Source of the DNA: Chloroflexota bacterium
GTDB lineage: Bacteria > Chloroflexota > Dehalococcoidia > Lucifugimonadales > Lucifugimonadaceae
Assembly (NCBI GenBank): GCA_038150225.1
Contig: JAYQWG010000006.1
Coordinates: 1,092 to 65,091, forward strand
Length of the DNA stretch: 64,000 nt
Reading direction: 5' to 3'
Of this stretch, positions 28,827 to 39,160 are shown piece by piece (the stretch's first letter is position 1; every line of letters begins with the position of its first letter). The position numbers and the translations under genes were made by a program. Below the pieces are notes generated by a model. The model did not search any database, was not told the DNA's origin, and was given only the letters and a program-made list of their open reading frames with translations.

Positions 28827-29918
28827 ATGAACCATACCCTCGTTTGCTTAGATTGTGGTCACGAACACAAACCGTCAGTTGAGACGATTTACTGCCCCGA
28901 TTGTGGTGGGCTGTTCAGAGTGCAATATTCAGTTGATCCGGGACCAGACTTCCCGCGTCTACCGATTTCAGATCCAGACGACGCGAACTCACTTGGTGAA
29001 GGTGATACACCAATCGTATCTTTCGATTCGATAGCGTCCGAGTTGGGATTAGGTCAATTGTGGGCGAAATTGGAGTTCATGGCTCCGACCGGATCGTTTA
29101 AAGACCGTGGTTCGGCAGTGTTGACGACGATAGGGCGAGATTTGGGTGTGTCCGAGTTTGTTGAGGACTCTTCCGGAAATGCAGGAGCGTCTTTATCGGC
29201 TTACGCGGCTGCAGCAGGGATGGACGCGCACGTGTTCGCTCCTGCGAGTGCTGCACGGGGCAAGCTTGATCAAATCCAGATTTTCGGAGCCCAACTGCAC
29301 AAAATTGAAGGCCCGAGACAAGCTGCCACAGATGCTGCGGAAAAGTTCGTGGAGCAAAACGGTTCGATCTACATGTCTCACAATCTCAGTCCGTATTTTT
29401 CGGAAGGGATGAAGTTAGTCTCATTCGAGCTTGAGGATGTACTCGGCAACGAAATCGAACACGTCGTTCTACCTGTTGGTAACGGCTCGCTTCTGATCGG
29501 GATGATTAGAGGATTCGAGGAATTAAGAGATGCGGGAGTGATTGACGCAATTCCACGTTTCCATGGAATTCAGAGCGAGTCGGTCCAACCTGTGATTGCA
29601 GCAATGACTGGTGAATCCTGGGACTCAGAAATGGCAAAACCAACTCACGCATCGGGCATCGCCGTGTCGAAGCCGCCAAGACTCGCCGAAATGGTCGAGG
29701 CCATCAAATCGACTGACGGTTCAGCAGTCGCTGTGCCCGAAGAATCTCTGCCTGAATGGCAAACTCGGTTGTCTCGAACTGAAGGCATATTCGCTGAGAA
29801 GACATCTGCAGCTGCGTTCGCAGGTTTGGACAAGCTCGTCGAATCAGGAGTGATCGCGAAAAATTCAAACGTTTGCGTGCCAATTACAGGATCAGGGCTT
29901 AAAGAGCCGCTGTCCTAG
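28827..29918 (+). CDS. Threonine-synthase-family PLP enzyme with N-terminal zinc ribbon
   Basis: N-terminal CLDCGH...CPDCGG, PLP-lysine motif PTGSFKDRG and SSGNAG. I start at ATG 28827 (GGAGAA upstream) rather than 28752, which overlaps ggt. Confidence 0.75.
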   Translation: MNHTLVCLDCGHEHKPSVETIYCPDCGGLFRVQYSVDPGPDFPRLPISDPDDANSLGEGDTPIVSFDSIASELGLGQLWAKLEFMAPTGSFKDRGSAVLTTIGRDLGVSEFVEDSSGNAGASLSAYAAAAGMDAHVFAPASAARGKLDQIQIFGAQLHKIEGPRQAATDAAEKFVEQNGSIYMSHNLSPYFSEGMKLVSFELEDVLGNEIEHVVLPVGNGSLLIGMIRGFEELRDAGVIDAIPRFHGIQSESVQPVIAAMTGESWDSEMAKPTHASGIAVSKPPRLAEMVEAIKSTDGSAVAVPEESLPEWQTRLSRTEGIFAEKTSAAAFAGLDKLVESGVIAKNSNVCVPITGSGLKEPLS

Positions 29919-31099
29919 CTGTTCGCCTGATCGAAAGCTTTCTTAAAGCCCTCGATCGCACCTTCGATTACCCAATCGTCCACACAGTATGACGCCCTGA
30001 AGAATCCAGGGGTACCGAATCCCACTCCAGGAACTACGAGTACCAGTTCTTGCTGCAACTGGCGAACGAACTCGGTGTCATCCGGGATCGGGGATCTTGG
30101 GAAGACGTAGAACGCACCGTCGGGTTCAACACATTCGTACCCGATGTCTGTCAGCGCTCCGTAGAGCATGTCCCGCTTTTTGCGATAGACATCAATGTCC
30201 ACTGTGGCATCCTGCACAGCAGCCACGGCACGCTGGAGGATAGCGGGCGCATTGACGAAGCCCAACGTTCGGAGCGAGAACGTGAGTGCATCTAACAAAT
30301 CCACCTTGCCTGGATCGCCCGGGTTTACGGCGATGTAACCGATACGTTCACCTGCCAACCCCAGGTCTTTTGAGTGTGACGTCGCGACGATTGTCCTGGG
30401 GTGATGCTCGAATATGAACGGATAAGCGTCATCTGTGTAAATGAGCTTCCTGTAAGGCTCATCTGAGATCAGGTAAATCTCGCTCCCGAATTCTTGTTCT
30501 GCTTCCTGGAGGACCTTAGAGATAGCAGCAATGGTTTCCGCAGGGTAGATCACTCCTGTTGGGTTGTTCGGAGAGTTGATGATCACAGCCCTGGTTTTTG
30601 CGGATATGGAAGACTTCAACGAACCAAGGTCTGGAAGCCAGTTTTCGTCACAGGTAGCTTCTTTCACCACGCCCGTCTGGTGCTGGACATAAAAGACATA
30701 CTCGGCGAAGTAGGGGGCAATGACCACAACTTCATCACCTTGATCAAGGATGGAGCGGAGAATCGTGTTGATAGCTCCCGCCGCGCCAACTGTCATCAGT
30801 ATTTCGTTCGCTGTGAACTGGGTCCCAGATTCAGCAGACAGGTTTTCCGCCACAGCCGATCGCACATCCGGGAATCCACCATTCGGCATGTAGCGATGAA
30901 CGCCCGGTGACTCGTCATTTGCGATCCGTTTGAGTGCCTCTTTGAATTCAGCTGGAGGCTCAACCAGGGGGTTGCCCAGCGAAAGATCAAAAACGTTTTC
31001 GGGTCCGTGAATCCTTCGGAGCTCGATACCCTCTTCGAACATTCGCCTAATCCATGAACTGTCGTTCATTTGTTCGCTAACTTTTTTCGATATTGCCAT
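29915..31099 (-). CDS. PLP-dependent aminotransferase, class I/II (Asp/Ala aminotransferase type)
   Basis: Contains LSLGNP, NSPNNPTG and the PLP-lysine region SHSKDLGLAGERIGY. The stop overlaps the preceding convergent gene by 4 nt (CTAG). Confidence 0.85.
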   Translation of the reverse strand: MAISKKVSEQMNDSSWIRRMFEEGIELRRIHGPENVFDLSLGNPLVEPPAEFKEALKRIANDESPGVHRYMPNGGFPDVRSAVAENLSAESGTQFTANEILMTVGAAGAINTILRSILDQGDEVVVIAPYFAEYVFYVQHQTGVVKEATCDENWLPDLGSLKSSISAKTRAVIINSPNNPTGVIYPAETIAAISKVLQEAEQEFGSEIYLISDEPYRKLIYTDDAYPFIFEHHPRTIVATSHSKDLGLAGERIGYIAVNPGDPGKVDLLDALTFSLRTLGFVNAPAILQRAVAAVQDATVDIDVYRKKRDMLYGALTDIGYECVEPDGAFYVFPRSPIPDDTEFVRQLQQELVLVVPGVGFGTPGFFRASYCVDDWVIEGAIEGFKKAFDQANS

Positions 31100-31132
31100 T
31101 GGGCGTTTCCCAATCTTTCGTAAGTGTGATCT

Positions 31133-31741
31133 TTAGTCCGAACTCGAATCTTCTTTTTTCTTCGAATCCGAACCGTCGCCGTATGTTTTCGAACCGAGCT
31201 TAAAGAAATCCCGCATGAATTGCGGGCCACCCGAGTCTGGGTTTTCAACAACGTACGTGCCCGCAATCTTGTCGTGCCATGCCTGACTGTTGGAATCAAT
31301 CACAAGCCAGATCAGTCCGATGCCGAACGAAACGAACGAAACGAATTTTCCAATCATTTCTCTCGGTATGGCTGCCGGACCAGGGGTTCTTCCCTCTGGA
31401 TCGACCACTACAACACCTGCGACCCATTTGCCGGGTGTGCGCCCCCAAATTGTGGTCGGGAGGACGAAATATCCGAATATGAACAGGATGTTTGGTATCG
31501 CCGACTCATCGCTGAACAACCTTCCACCGGAGATTGGAGCGATCGTATAAATCGCCATCATGATGATGCCGAGATCGATGGTAAAGGCGTAGAGGCGCTT
31601 GATCGGACCTGCCAAAACCATAGGGTACGTCTTGGTGCTTTTCTCTTCTTGGTTCTGAGGAGCCGACTTCTGATCTTGAGATTGCTTTGAGTCGGAGCGT
31701 CTGCGACGCTGATTCTGTTTCTTGCGTGATGTGCGAGCCAT
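31133..31741 (-). CDS. RDD-family membrane protein with basic N-terminal tail
   Basis: The hydrophobic core shows RDD-type features (R..A..ID, GRTPGKW, WHDKIAGTYVV). The N-terminus is Lys/Arg/Gln-rich. Confidence 0.6.
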   Translation of the reverse strand: MARTSRKKQNQRRRRSDSKQSQDQKSAPQNQEEKSTKTYPMVLAGPIKRLYAFTIDLGIIMMAIYTIAPISGGRLFSDESAIPNILFIFGYFVLPTTIWGRTPGKWVAGVVVVDPEGRTPGPAAIPREMIGKFVSFVSFGIGLIWLVIDSNSQAWHDKIAGTYVVENPDSGGPQFMRDFFKLGSKTYGDGSDSKKKEDSSSD

Positions 31742-31845
31742 AACTGGAGAATTTTACGTGTATCGGTGATGGCAGCGCGGCGAAACCTAATTAGAATCAC
31801 GGTCAATTTTCGAAATCACCAAGATTCCACAACGGGAGTTCAGAT

Positions 31846-32619
31846 ATGACCGGTCGGCTTGAAGGCAAGATTGCTTTGATTACAGGCGGAGGATCTGGAA
31901 TTGGTGATGCTGCAGCTCATCTATTCGCATCGGAAGGTGCGAGGGTTGCCGTTGCGGATCTGAAACAAGAGGATGCTGGCAGAGTTGTCGGTTCGGTAGT
32001 CGCTGCTGGAGGTGACGCTATCGCTCTCTCTGGTGATGTGTCGAACCGCGCAGAATGCGAACGCATGGTTTCCGATACGGTCGAGAGGCTTGGTGGGATC
32101 GATGTCCTGGTCAACTCCGCAGGAGTAACACCTCGTTACGCACCTGCGGAATGGGATTTCGAGAAGAAGTGGGACTGGGTCGTCAGCATCAACCTCAAAG
32201 GAACGATGATGATGTCGTACTTCGCCGTCGAGCATATGAAAGGGCAGGGAAGCGGTTCGATTATCAATCTCGCTTCGATCATTGGACTTGTCGGTTACAC
32301 GGAAGGTCTGAGCGACGGCTTTAACCCGTACCCGCACACCAAGGGTGGAGTGGTGCAACTAACCCGTGACATGGGAGTCGCTCTTGCAAAAGACGGCGTT
32401 CGTGTTAACTCACTGTGCCCGGGCTTCACCTACACAGCGCTTACTAAAACGCTCACAGATGATTCCGATGCGCACGCACGACTGGTATCACTTCACCCGA
32501 TGGGTCGACTCGGGCAGCCGGTCGAGATTGCACAGGCTGCCTTGTTCCTCGCCTCCGATGAATCATCATTCGTCACAGGAGCGAACATCCCGGTCGACGG
32601 CGGTTACACCGCTCAATAG
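31846..32619 (+). CDS. SDR-family oxidoreductase
   Basis: IALITGGGSGIG, NSAG and an atypical catalytic region YPHTK (YxxxK expected). GGGAG RBS upstream. Confidence 0.88.
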   Translation: MTGRLEGKIALITGGGSGIGDAAAHLFASEGARVAVADLKQEDAGRVVGSVVAAGGDAIALSGDVSNRAECERMVSDTVERLGGIDVLVNSAGVTPRYAPAEWDFEKKWDWVVSINLKGTMMMSYFAVEHMKGQGSGSIINLASIIGLVGYTEGLSDGFNPYPHTKGGVVQLTRDMGVALAKDGVRVNSLCPGFTYTALTKTLTDDSDAHARLVSLHPMGRLGQPVEIAQAALFLASDESSFVTGANIPVDGGYTAQ

Positions 32620-32627
32620 ATCTCTGT

Positions 32628-33617
32628 TTAGAAGATCGATTCTGGGTCGACAACAGACAAAAGTTTGCGGTTGTCTGCTAGGCGTTCGAGGTTTGAAAGA
32701 GCGAACCTAACTGCGCGCTCGTTTCCTTCTCCAGTACCACCTGCCCAGTGCGGGGTCACAACCACGTTGTTCATCTTGAGTAGTGGATTGTTTGGGTCAG
32801 TAGGTTCTTCTTCAAGAACATCTAGACCTGCACCGGCAATTTGATTGTCCTCAAGTGCCTTGATCAACTCAGCTTCATTGTGAACCGGGCCACGGCACGT
32901 GTTAATGAAGATTGCCGTTTCCTTCATCAATTCAAATTCTCGATAACCGAACATTCCACGAGTCGAACTGTTCAGCGGAACATGTGCTGTGACGATGTCG
33001 CTTGACTTCAACAGGTAGTCGAAGTCAACGGCTTGTGCTCCAAGCTCCTGGTTTCGACCCGGCATAAGTTCAACTACGTCGTGGTAAAGAATTTCGCAAT
33101 CGAATCCAGACAGGCGACGAGATACTTGGCGACCGATATTGCCAAATCCGACTATTCCGACGGATTTACCGTTGATTTCGGTTCGAACCGGGAGCTGATC
33201 AATTCCAGACCGCCAGTTGCCATCGACTGTGTTAGTCCATGCTTCCATCATTCGACGATAGACACTCAACATGAGCGACATCGCGTGCTCAGATACTGAA
33301 ATTGCGTTCGAACCGCCGTTGTTGGCTACCTGGACTCCGAGCTTCGAGAGACCGATGACATCCACTGAATCGAATCCGGCAGTGAGTAACTGGATCAACT
33401 TGAGGTTCGGTAGCTCTTTCGCTACTTCCAGCGGCACAGAAGCAAGCCATGGAACAGCTGCATCGGCGTCCTTTAATGCCTCGATCAATTCGCCGTGAGA
33501 CATGGTTGGGTCGACAACGATCACGTTTGTGTCGTCATTGGCGTTTTCGTTCAAGAGATCCCAACGTCGCTTGTGCTCTGCGGTGGACAGTTTGGCGAGG
33601 AATGCAATGGTTGGCAT
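32628..33617 (-). CDS. D-isomer-specific 2-hydroxyacid dehydrogenase (canonical catalytic residues)
   Basis: GIVGFGNIGRQV, NTCRG, LDVLEEEP and TPHWAG. The Arg/Glu/His triad is present. Confidence 0.85.
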   Translation of the reverse strand: MPTIAFLAKLSTAEHKRRWDLLNENANDDTNVIVVDPTMSHGELIEALKDADAAVPWLASVPLEVAKELPNLKLIQLLTAGFDSVDVIGLSKLGVQVANNGGSNAISVSEHAMSLMLSVYRRMMEAWTNTVDGNWRSGIDQLPVRTEINGKSVGIVGFGNIGRQVSRRLSGFDCEILYHDVVELMPGRNQELGAQAVDFDYLLKSSDIVTAHVPLNSSTRGMFGYREFELMKETAIFINTCRGPVHNEAELIKALEDNQIAGAGLDVLEEEPTDPNNPLLKMNNVVVTPHWAGGTGEGNERAVRFALSNLERLADNRKLLSVVDPESIF

Positions 33618-33657
33618 TAGATGTTCTTTCGTAAATTAATTGGACGGTGATCAGTAG

Positions 33658-34932
33658 TTAGGCGGGTCGTTTCACTCGTACTCCCGACTTGTACACGTCA
33701 CGAACGTTCCAGAGCGCATTTAGATCGACTGACGGGTCGCCGTCGACGACCAATACGTCTGCCGGGCGCCCGATTGCCAGGACTCCCGCACGGTCACCGG
33801 ATGCAATTGAGTCCGCTGCATCTCGTGTTCCGGTAAGCAGGGCTTCCGCGTTCGAAAGTCCTGCCTTGTTGAGAGCGATGATTTCTTTCACGAACTCACC
33901 TGGAGGGTAGGCACCCCAGGGCGAATCACTGCCGGCGATCATTCGCACACCCATTTTTATGAGCTTATTGATCGATTCGTAGCGATTTTCGAGCGAGCGT
34001 TCAGTTTCGTCGATGCTCGCCTGTTCTTCTTTAGTCAGCCAACCACGTTCGTGACCCACTCGAAGCGTGTGGTCAATACCCGCTTGAACGACATGAAGGG
34101 TTGGATTCACCCACGACTTTGCCTCTGCGAGTTGGTCAGCCAGATCCTGCCGAAATTCATACATTCCGGTTTCGTCTTCGAATACACAGTGAATAATCAT
34201 GTCCACACCGGCATCAAGAGAGTTTTGAATCCCTTGCATTGACGCACAGTGGGATGCCGTTAGACGGTTGAACTTGTGAGCTTCGTCAACGATGGTGGTG
34301 ACTTCTTCTAGTGTGTATGACGGCCGCAGCGGATCGGAAGACCATGTCGAACCACCGGTTGCCATAATCTTGATGAAGTCCGCACCTTCTTTTACAAGTT
34401 GCCTGACTTCGTGGCGTACTCCCTCGACCCCATTGGCTTCTGACCCGCAGTACCAGAAGTGACCACCCGTCACAGTTATTGGTCGTCCAGATACGACCAT
34501 TTCAGGACCTTCAGCGATTCCGCCGTTTATGCCGTTTTTGAGTGAGAACCCAACTCGATTTTTTGCCCCGTTCTCTCGAGCAGTCGTGACTCCAGCGTGT
34601 AAAAATGTTCTTGCGTTGGAAAGTGCACGAGTCAGAAGAATGTCATCTTCTTCTGCACCAGTCTGGTCACCGGGCGTTCCATCGCCTGGAGCCATCATAT
34701 GGGTGTGACCGTCGACTAGTCCGGGCAGAATCGTCGCGTCACTGTAATCCTTGAGTTCGACGGTGGCTCCGTCCGGAGCTCTCAGCTCGGACGCAGATCC
34801 AATTTGATCAATATTGCCGTTTGCCATGAGCACGGCTTGATTCTGCCGGATGCTGCCGTCGACTCCATCGAAGAGGCGACTTGCCTTTATGAGCGTGTAT
34901 TCGTTTGAACTGTCGTTACTCAACTCGTTCAC
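33658..34932 (-). CDS. Metal-dependent amidohydrolase-superfamily protein
   Basis: LPGLVDGHTHM metal-binding motif, a later HC...H, and a GSD region near the C-terminus. Confidence 0.8.
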   Translation of the reverse strand: MNELSNDSSNEYTLIKASRLFDGVDGSIRQNQAVLMANGNIDQIGSASELRAPDGATVELKDYSDATILPGLVDGHTHMMAPGDGTPGDQTGAEEDDILLTRALSNARTFLHAGVTTARENGAKNRVGFSLKNGINGGIAEGPEMVVSGRPITVTGGHFWYCGSEANGVEGVRHEVRQLVKEGADFIKIMATGGSTWSSDPLRPSYTLEEVTTIVDEAHKFNRLTASHCASMQGIQNSLDAGVDMIIHCVFEDETGMYEFRQDLADQLAEAKSWVNPTLHVVQAGIDHTLRVGHERGWLTKEEQASIDETERSLENRYESINKLIKMGVRMIAGSDSPWGAYPPGEFVKEIIALNKAGLSNAEALLTGTRDAADSIASGDRAGVLAIGRPADVLVVDGDPSVDLNALWNVRDVYKSGVRVKRPA

Positions 34933-34986
34933 TCCGTTCTGGAACGAGCAAGTTTTCTCACATATTTACCGGCGAATCAATCGAAA

Positions 34987-35607
34987 TTAGTTCGACAACT
35001 GAATTATTTCGCGCTGAGAAAGATCGGAAATGAGATTGTCGACTCCGACGAAATGGTGAGTTTGCATTCCCGAATTTGCAGCGGCAGCGATGTTCTTCTC
35101 AAGATCATCAACGAACAATACGTTCGCGGCTGGAACTCCAGAGCGACCGAGCAGTGAGTCGTAGAAAGCCTGATCTGGTTTCATTGCACCTACTTCGTAT
35201 GAAACGATCACCGGATCAAATTTAGATGCAAAGGGTAAAAACTTCGAGGCAAGTTCCCAGTGCGTTGAAGACGTATTGGATACGAGCGCAATACGCCGGG
35301 ACGCAGCGACTTCGGTTACAACTGGGAACATTGCCGGGTCGGGAGTAAGGACAGAGTCGTACAGCTCCTTAATCTCTGACACAGAGAATCCCCCGCCAAG
35401 CGAATCTACTACCGTTTCACAGTGTTGCTCGAATGTTTGTTGACCGCTTTCGAACAAAAGCTTTTTCGGCTGACCAAATACGAGTTCGTGAACTTCTTGA
35501 GGTGACAGCCCAACGCGCTCAGCGATTTGCGCTGCGACAGGTGTCTCATCGACAAAAGTCAGTACATTTCCGAGATCGAACGCGACTAGATCAACATTTT
35601 GGGGCAT
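34987..35607 (-). CDS. HAD-superfamily hydrolase
   Basis: Contains VAFDLGNVL (DxG variant of motif I), SNT (motif II) and VDD (motif IV). Confidence 0.7.
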   Translation of the reverse strand: MPQNVDLVAFDLGNVLTFVDETPVAAQIAERVGLSPQEVHELVFGQPKKLLFESGQQTFEQHCETVVDSLGGGFSVSEIKELYDSVLTPDPAMFPVVTEVAASRRIALVSNTSSTHWELASKFLPFASKFDPVIVSYEVGAMKPDQAFYDSLLGRSGVPAANVLFVDDLEKNIAAAANSGMQTHHFVGVDNLISDLSQREIIQLSN

Positions 35608-35681
35608 AGGTCAGCAACCAGAGTCTGAGTGAACAGTGGAGTATGAGTTTCAATCTTAGTGGTTATCCACTCTCGAATGGA

Positions 35682-37229
35682 TCACGCCTGTTCGTTAGCG
35701 GTCGGCAACTCCACGATGAATGTTGTGCCTCTACCTTCAATGCTTGAGACAGAAATGCGTCCGTCATGAGCTTCCACAAGCTTCTTCACGATTGTGAGGC
35801 CCAGACCTGCGCCACCGGTGAATCGTGTTCGACTCGGGTCTGTTCGGTAAAACTCATCGAACACTTTTTCGACCTCATCCCTCGGGATGCCTGCTCCGGT
35901 GTCAGTGACCGTGAGTGCTACACCGGTAGGAACTGCTGTCAGTTCGATTGATATTTCGCCCTGATCGGAGGTGTGGGTAAGAGCATTTTCGATCAGGTTC
36001 GTCACAACCTGTTCGATTCGTGTAGAGTCGAAGCTGACCCTCGGTAAGGTCGTGTCCGAGGAAAACTTGAGTGCAACGCCCTTTTCAGATGTTCGCCTCT
36101 GGAAGTTCTTCACCGCGCTTTCAACGACTGTCACGAGAGATCCGGTCTGCAGATTCAAACTTAGTGCTCCCGCGTCGGCAACCGCCAGAACACGCAGGTC
36201 CTCAATAAGCTTCGAGAGATGGATGGTTTGGGAGTGCAGGGTGTCGATCGTGCCCTCGTCAGCTTCGACAACACCGTCCCTGATTGCTTCCAGATACCCC
36301 TGGATGTTTGTTAGAGGGGTTCGTAATTCATGCGCCACGTCCGCGGTCAGTCGCTTTCGTTGTACAACCGCCGATTCAAGGTCGGTCGCCATTGCGTTGA
36401 ACGACCGAGACAGATCGCCTATCTCATCTTTCCGATCGGCCGGTACCCGTTGTGAGAGGTCACCAGCACCCAATTTGCTTGCCGCAGTCGTAAGTCCCCT
36501 GATTGGGGCAAGTGCTTGCCTCGTGAACACCGAAACGATTAGAAGACCTGCAAGTCCAGAAGCGATACCTGCGATCAACAAAGATCGTTGGAACTCCGTG
36601 TTCAGATTCGTGAGCGGCGGGTCTACGTATTCGAGAACTTCGGCGACCAATTCTTCGGTGGATGGACTGGCGATCTGCGTTGGTTGTGGTGGGGGAGTTT
36701 GCCTTCGCTGCTCCTGTTGCCTCGCCTGACGTGCAAGAGAATCGTAGTAATCCTGGATCGAAAGAGGGGGATTCTTGCCCGAAGGACGGTCATCTACCAG
36801 CATGTGTCCAATTAACTTGCCGTCTACATATACAGGGCGTTTTACTACCCTGTTTGCTTTCTCGAACCGTTGAGCAAATGTTTCCAACAACCCCTGGGCA
36901 TCTCGTACTACCTGATGAGAGTCAGCAACTATCATCCCTGATTCATTTTCGAACGCCACGCGCCAGCCGAACAGCGAGCCGACTTGTTGGATTGCGTACT
37001 GAACTTCATCCCAGTCCTGGCTTGCTTCGAATGTGTCTCGAACGAGTTGCTCGGCACGATCCGCCCGCGCTTGTTCAATGCTTGCAGCAAACCTCTCGGT
37101 CTCGAGCCTGGTCGCATACGCGGAATAGATACTCACTCCAGAAATAGCGAGTGCCAGGATGATCGCAAAGCCGATTGTTAATCGACCTTGGAGACTGTGT
37201 ATCCAGCTAGGAGTCAAAGCGGTAACCAA
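35682..37229 (-). CDS. Sensor histidine kinase (two TM segments, HAMP, HisKA, HATPase_c)
   Basis: Contains the H-box VAHELRTPLTNIQGYLE, N-box NLIENAL and G-boxes DTGAGIP and GGAGLGL. An extracytoplasmic segment of about 180 aa lies between the two hydrophobic helices. The gene overlaps the response regulator gene. Confidence 0.9.
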   Translation of the reverse strand: MVTALTPSWIHSLQGRLTIGFAIILALAISGVSIYSAYATRLETERFAASIEQARADRAEQLVRDTFEASQDWDEVQYAIQQVGSLFGWRVAFENESGMIVADSHQVVRDAQGLLETFAQRFEKANRVVKRPVYVDGKLIGHMLVDDRPSGKNPPLSIQDYYDSLARQARQQEQRRQTPPPQPTQIASPSTEELVAEVLEYVDPPLTNLNTEFQRSLLIAGIASGLAGLLIVSVFTRQALAPIRGLTTAASKLGAGDLSQRVPADRKDEIGDLSRSFNAMATDLESAVVQRKRLTADVAHELRTPLTNIQGYLEAIRDGVVEADEGTIDTLHSQTIHLSKLIEDLRVLAVADAGALSLNLQTGSLVTVVESAVKNFQRRTSEKGVALKFSSDTTLPRVSFDSTRIEQVVTNLIENALTHTSDQGEISIELTAVPTGVALTVTDTGAGIPRDEVEKVFDEFYRTDPSRTRFTGGAGLGLTIVKKLVEAHDGRISVSSIEGRGTTFIVELPTANEQA

Positions 37230-37920
37230 CTCCGTACATCGTTTTCAGGTGTTTTACCTCCGGTTCCGCCGCTTCAAGTTTCTTGCGGAGGTTGGACACA
37301 TGAGTGTCGACTGTTCTGTCGTAACCGTTGAAGTCGTACCCAAAAACGTTCTCGATAATCTGTTCCCTCGACACCGTGCGACCTGAAGCTTCTATGAAGT
37401 ACGTGAGTAAGCGGAATTCGGTGGGTGTTAGATCGATCTCGCTCCCGTCTACACTAGCTGCGCGACGGTCGAGGTCGACATTAATCGAACCTGCTGCAAC
37501 TGCCTCAGTTGTCGATTCGCTCTTTTCAGCGTCGCGCTGAGTTCGACGAAGAACTGCGTTGACTCGTGCCACAAGCTCGCGAGGACTAAAAGGCTTTGAG
37601 ACGTAATCGTCTGCGCCAAGATCGAGCCCAATAAGTCGATCGTCTTCCTCAACTCTGGCCGTGACCATGATGATCGGGACTGCCGAAGATTTACGGATGT
37701 TGCTGCACACCTCAATTCCATCCATTCCGGGAAGGTTTAGATCGAGCAGCACGATGTCCGGATTTCCGTTCAATGCAATATTAAGCCCGTCCAATCCAGT
37801 CTCGGCAGAAAGCACCTGGTACCCAGCTTGAGCCATGTAGAGACGAATCAGTTGCGAAACTGATTTGTCATCCTCGACGACTAAAACGGACTGTTGTTCT
37901 TGCTCTTGATCTAACGCCAT
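37207..37920 (-). CDS. OmpR/PhoB-family response regulator
   Basis: Receiver domain (VLVVEDD, LLDLNLPGMDG, SKPF) plus a winged-helix output (LTPTEFRLL, VDTHVSNLRKKL). Confidence 0.92.
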   Translation of the reverse strand: MALDQEQEQQSVLVVEDDKSVSQLIRLYMAQAGYQVLSAETGLDGLNIALNGNPDIVLLDLNLPGMDGIEVCSNIRKSSAVPIIMVTARVEEDDRLIGLDLGADDYVSKPFSPRELVARVNAVLRRTQRDAEKSESTTEAVAAGSINVDLDRRAASVDGSEIDLTPTEFRLLTYFIEASGRTVSREQIIENVFGYDFNGYDRTVDTHVSNLRKKLEAAEPEVKHLKTMYGVGYRFDS

Positions 37921-37935
37921 GGAATCTACTCTGAA

Positions 37936-38904
37936 CTACGCCTGCGGAACCTCACCATCATCAGGATCGATGTGGTCTTCTAGGTGAGGATAGTTCTCGA
38001 ATAGTTCTTCTATCCTCGGGATAAGGTTCTCAAAACCTTCGAACGAGTGGGGCACATATTCGCCTCCATCAGGGGAATGGAATTTGTGGAAGAACTCATC
38101 AAAGTCATCTAATTCTCCGTGGTGTGGAAAGATTCTGAACCTGAATCTTTCGTCCCCGCGAAAGTTTTGCTCCAGGTCGTAATCACCATGGGGAAAGACG
38201 AATGGTATCGAGCCGTCCGAAAATCCTTTGAACATTTCGAACGATCGTGACTTAAATAGCCGACCAATGATTGTTGAAGCAAGGTCGTCGGCAAGCAGCC
38301 ACTCAGGGACCTCGGTGAACCAAGCAATAAGCTCGGACGCTTCAGATTCTGTGAGCTTGCCAGCATCTTCAAGTTTTTCGATGTTGGCGAGGATGTTTTC
38401 AAGTCTCGTCTCACCGAGACCATAGTTTCTAGTCGTGTCGATTGCAGCTTCTAGTTCTTCTGCTGCGATTCCAAGTGCATCTGCCATCCCTTCGATCATG
38501 GCCTCGCTCAGCCCTTGGTGCTGTTTGCCGAACCCGTATTCCGATAACTCGAACCTCAGAGCCGGGGCTGCGAGCAACGGCATTGTGAACTCGTTTGCGG
38601 GTTCGGGACGGGCGAGCAACCAGCCAGAAAGGTCATCCGCTTCCGATTGGGTGAGGATTCCTTCTTCAACAAGTTTGACGAGTGCTTCGAAGAGTCGATT
38701 GTCTTCTAGCTCGCGTTTCGCCTGATCGTGAGCAGACTTCACATCCGCAAACGGTAGTCCAAGCGCATCGGCGACTCTCGAAAGAAAATCATCCTTCTTG
38801 GAATCCCCTGACGCGCTTCCCGCTGCCAACGCAACGTTGCCAACGACCAAGAGAGTAATTGCTACTCCGATTAAGAGAATCGGTAGTGACCAGATGCGTC
38901 TCAT
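37936..38904 (-). CDS. Hypothetical membrane-anchored/secreted acidic protein with an internal repeat and a His-rich C-terminus
   Basis: 322-aa ORF located 15 nt upstream of the response regulator gene. It has an N-terminal hydrophobic anchor (LPILLIGVAITLLVVGNVALA). Two modules follow, ADALG(L/I)...G.LT.SEA..L..W. The C-terminal ~90 aa are rich in His, Asp and Glu. I recognise no family. Confidence 0.6.
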   Translation of the reverse strand: MRRIWSLPILLIGVAITLLVVGNVALAAGSASGDSKKDDFLSRVADALGLPFADVKSAHDQAKRELEDNRLFEALVKLVEEGILTQSEADDLSGWLLARPEPANEFTMPLLAAPALRFELSEYGFGKQHQGLSEAMIEGMADALGIAAEELEAAIDTTRNYGLGETRLENILANIEKLEDAGKLTESEASELIAWFTEVPEWLLADDLASTIIGRLFKSRSFEMFKGFSDGSIPFVFPHGDYDLEQNFRGDERFRFRIFPHHGELDDFDEFFHKFHSPDGGEYVPHSFEGFENLIPRIEELFENYPHLEDHIDPDDGEVPQA

Positions 38905-39160
38905 TAAATGCTTCTCATTCTCCGTGCGCGCATGTTTTTCAAGTTGTCATCTCTATTTGTACCTAGGAACTGTCAAGACTTTGTGGAGAGATTGTGAACG
39001 ATGACCCAAAAGGGTTAAATCTGCTGAGTATTCGCATGTATCTCTACTGCGGAATTCCCGTATTCGAGTTTGGGCGATCGCGTGTTCACGGTGCGAAGGG
39101 TTTGTTTTAGGTTGGATGTATTGAAAGCATTTTTCATTACACCGAAAGGACCCTGCACTA

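Noticed and set aside
35971-36729. 252-aa ORF antisense to the histidine kinase. Similar long antisense ORFs occur at 18281..18946, 50464..51015, 12296..12766 and 8344..8742.
   Set aside because: All lie opposite genes with strong family signatures and have Ser/Arg/Ala-rich low-information sequences typical of antisense frames.
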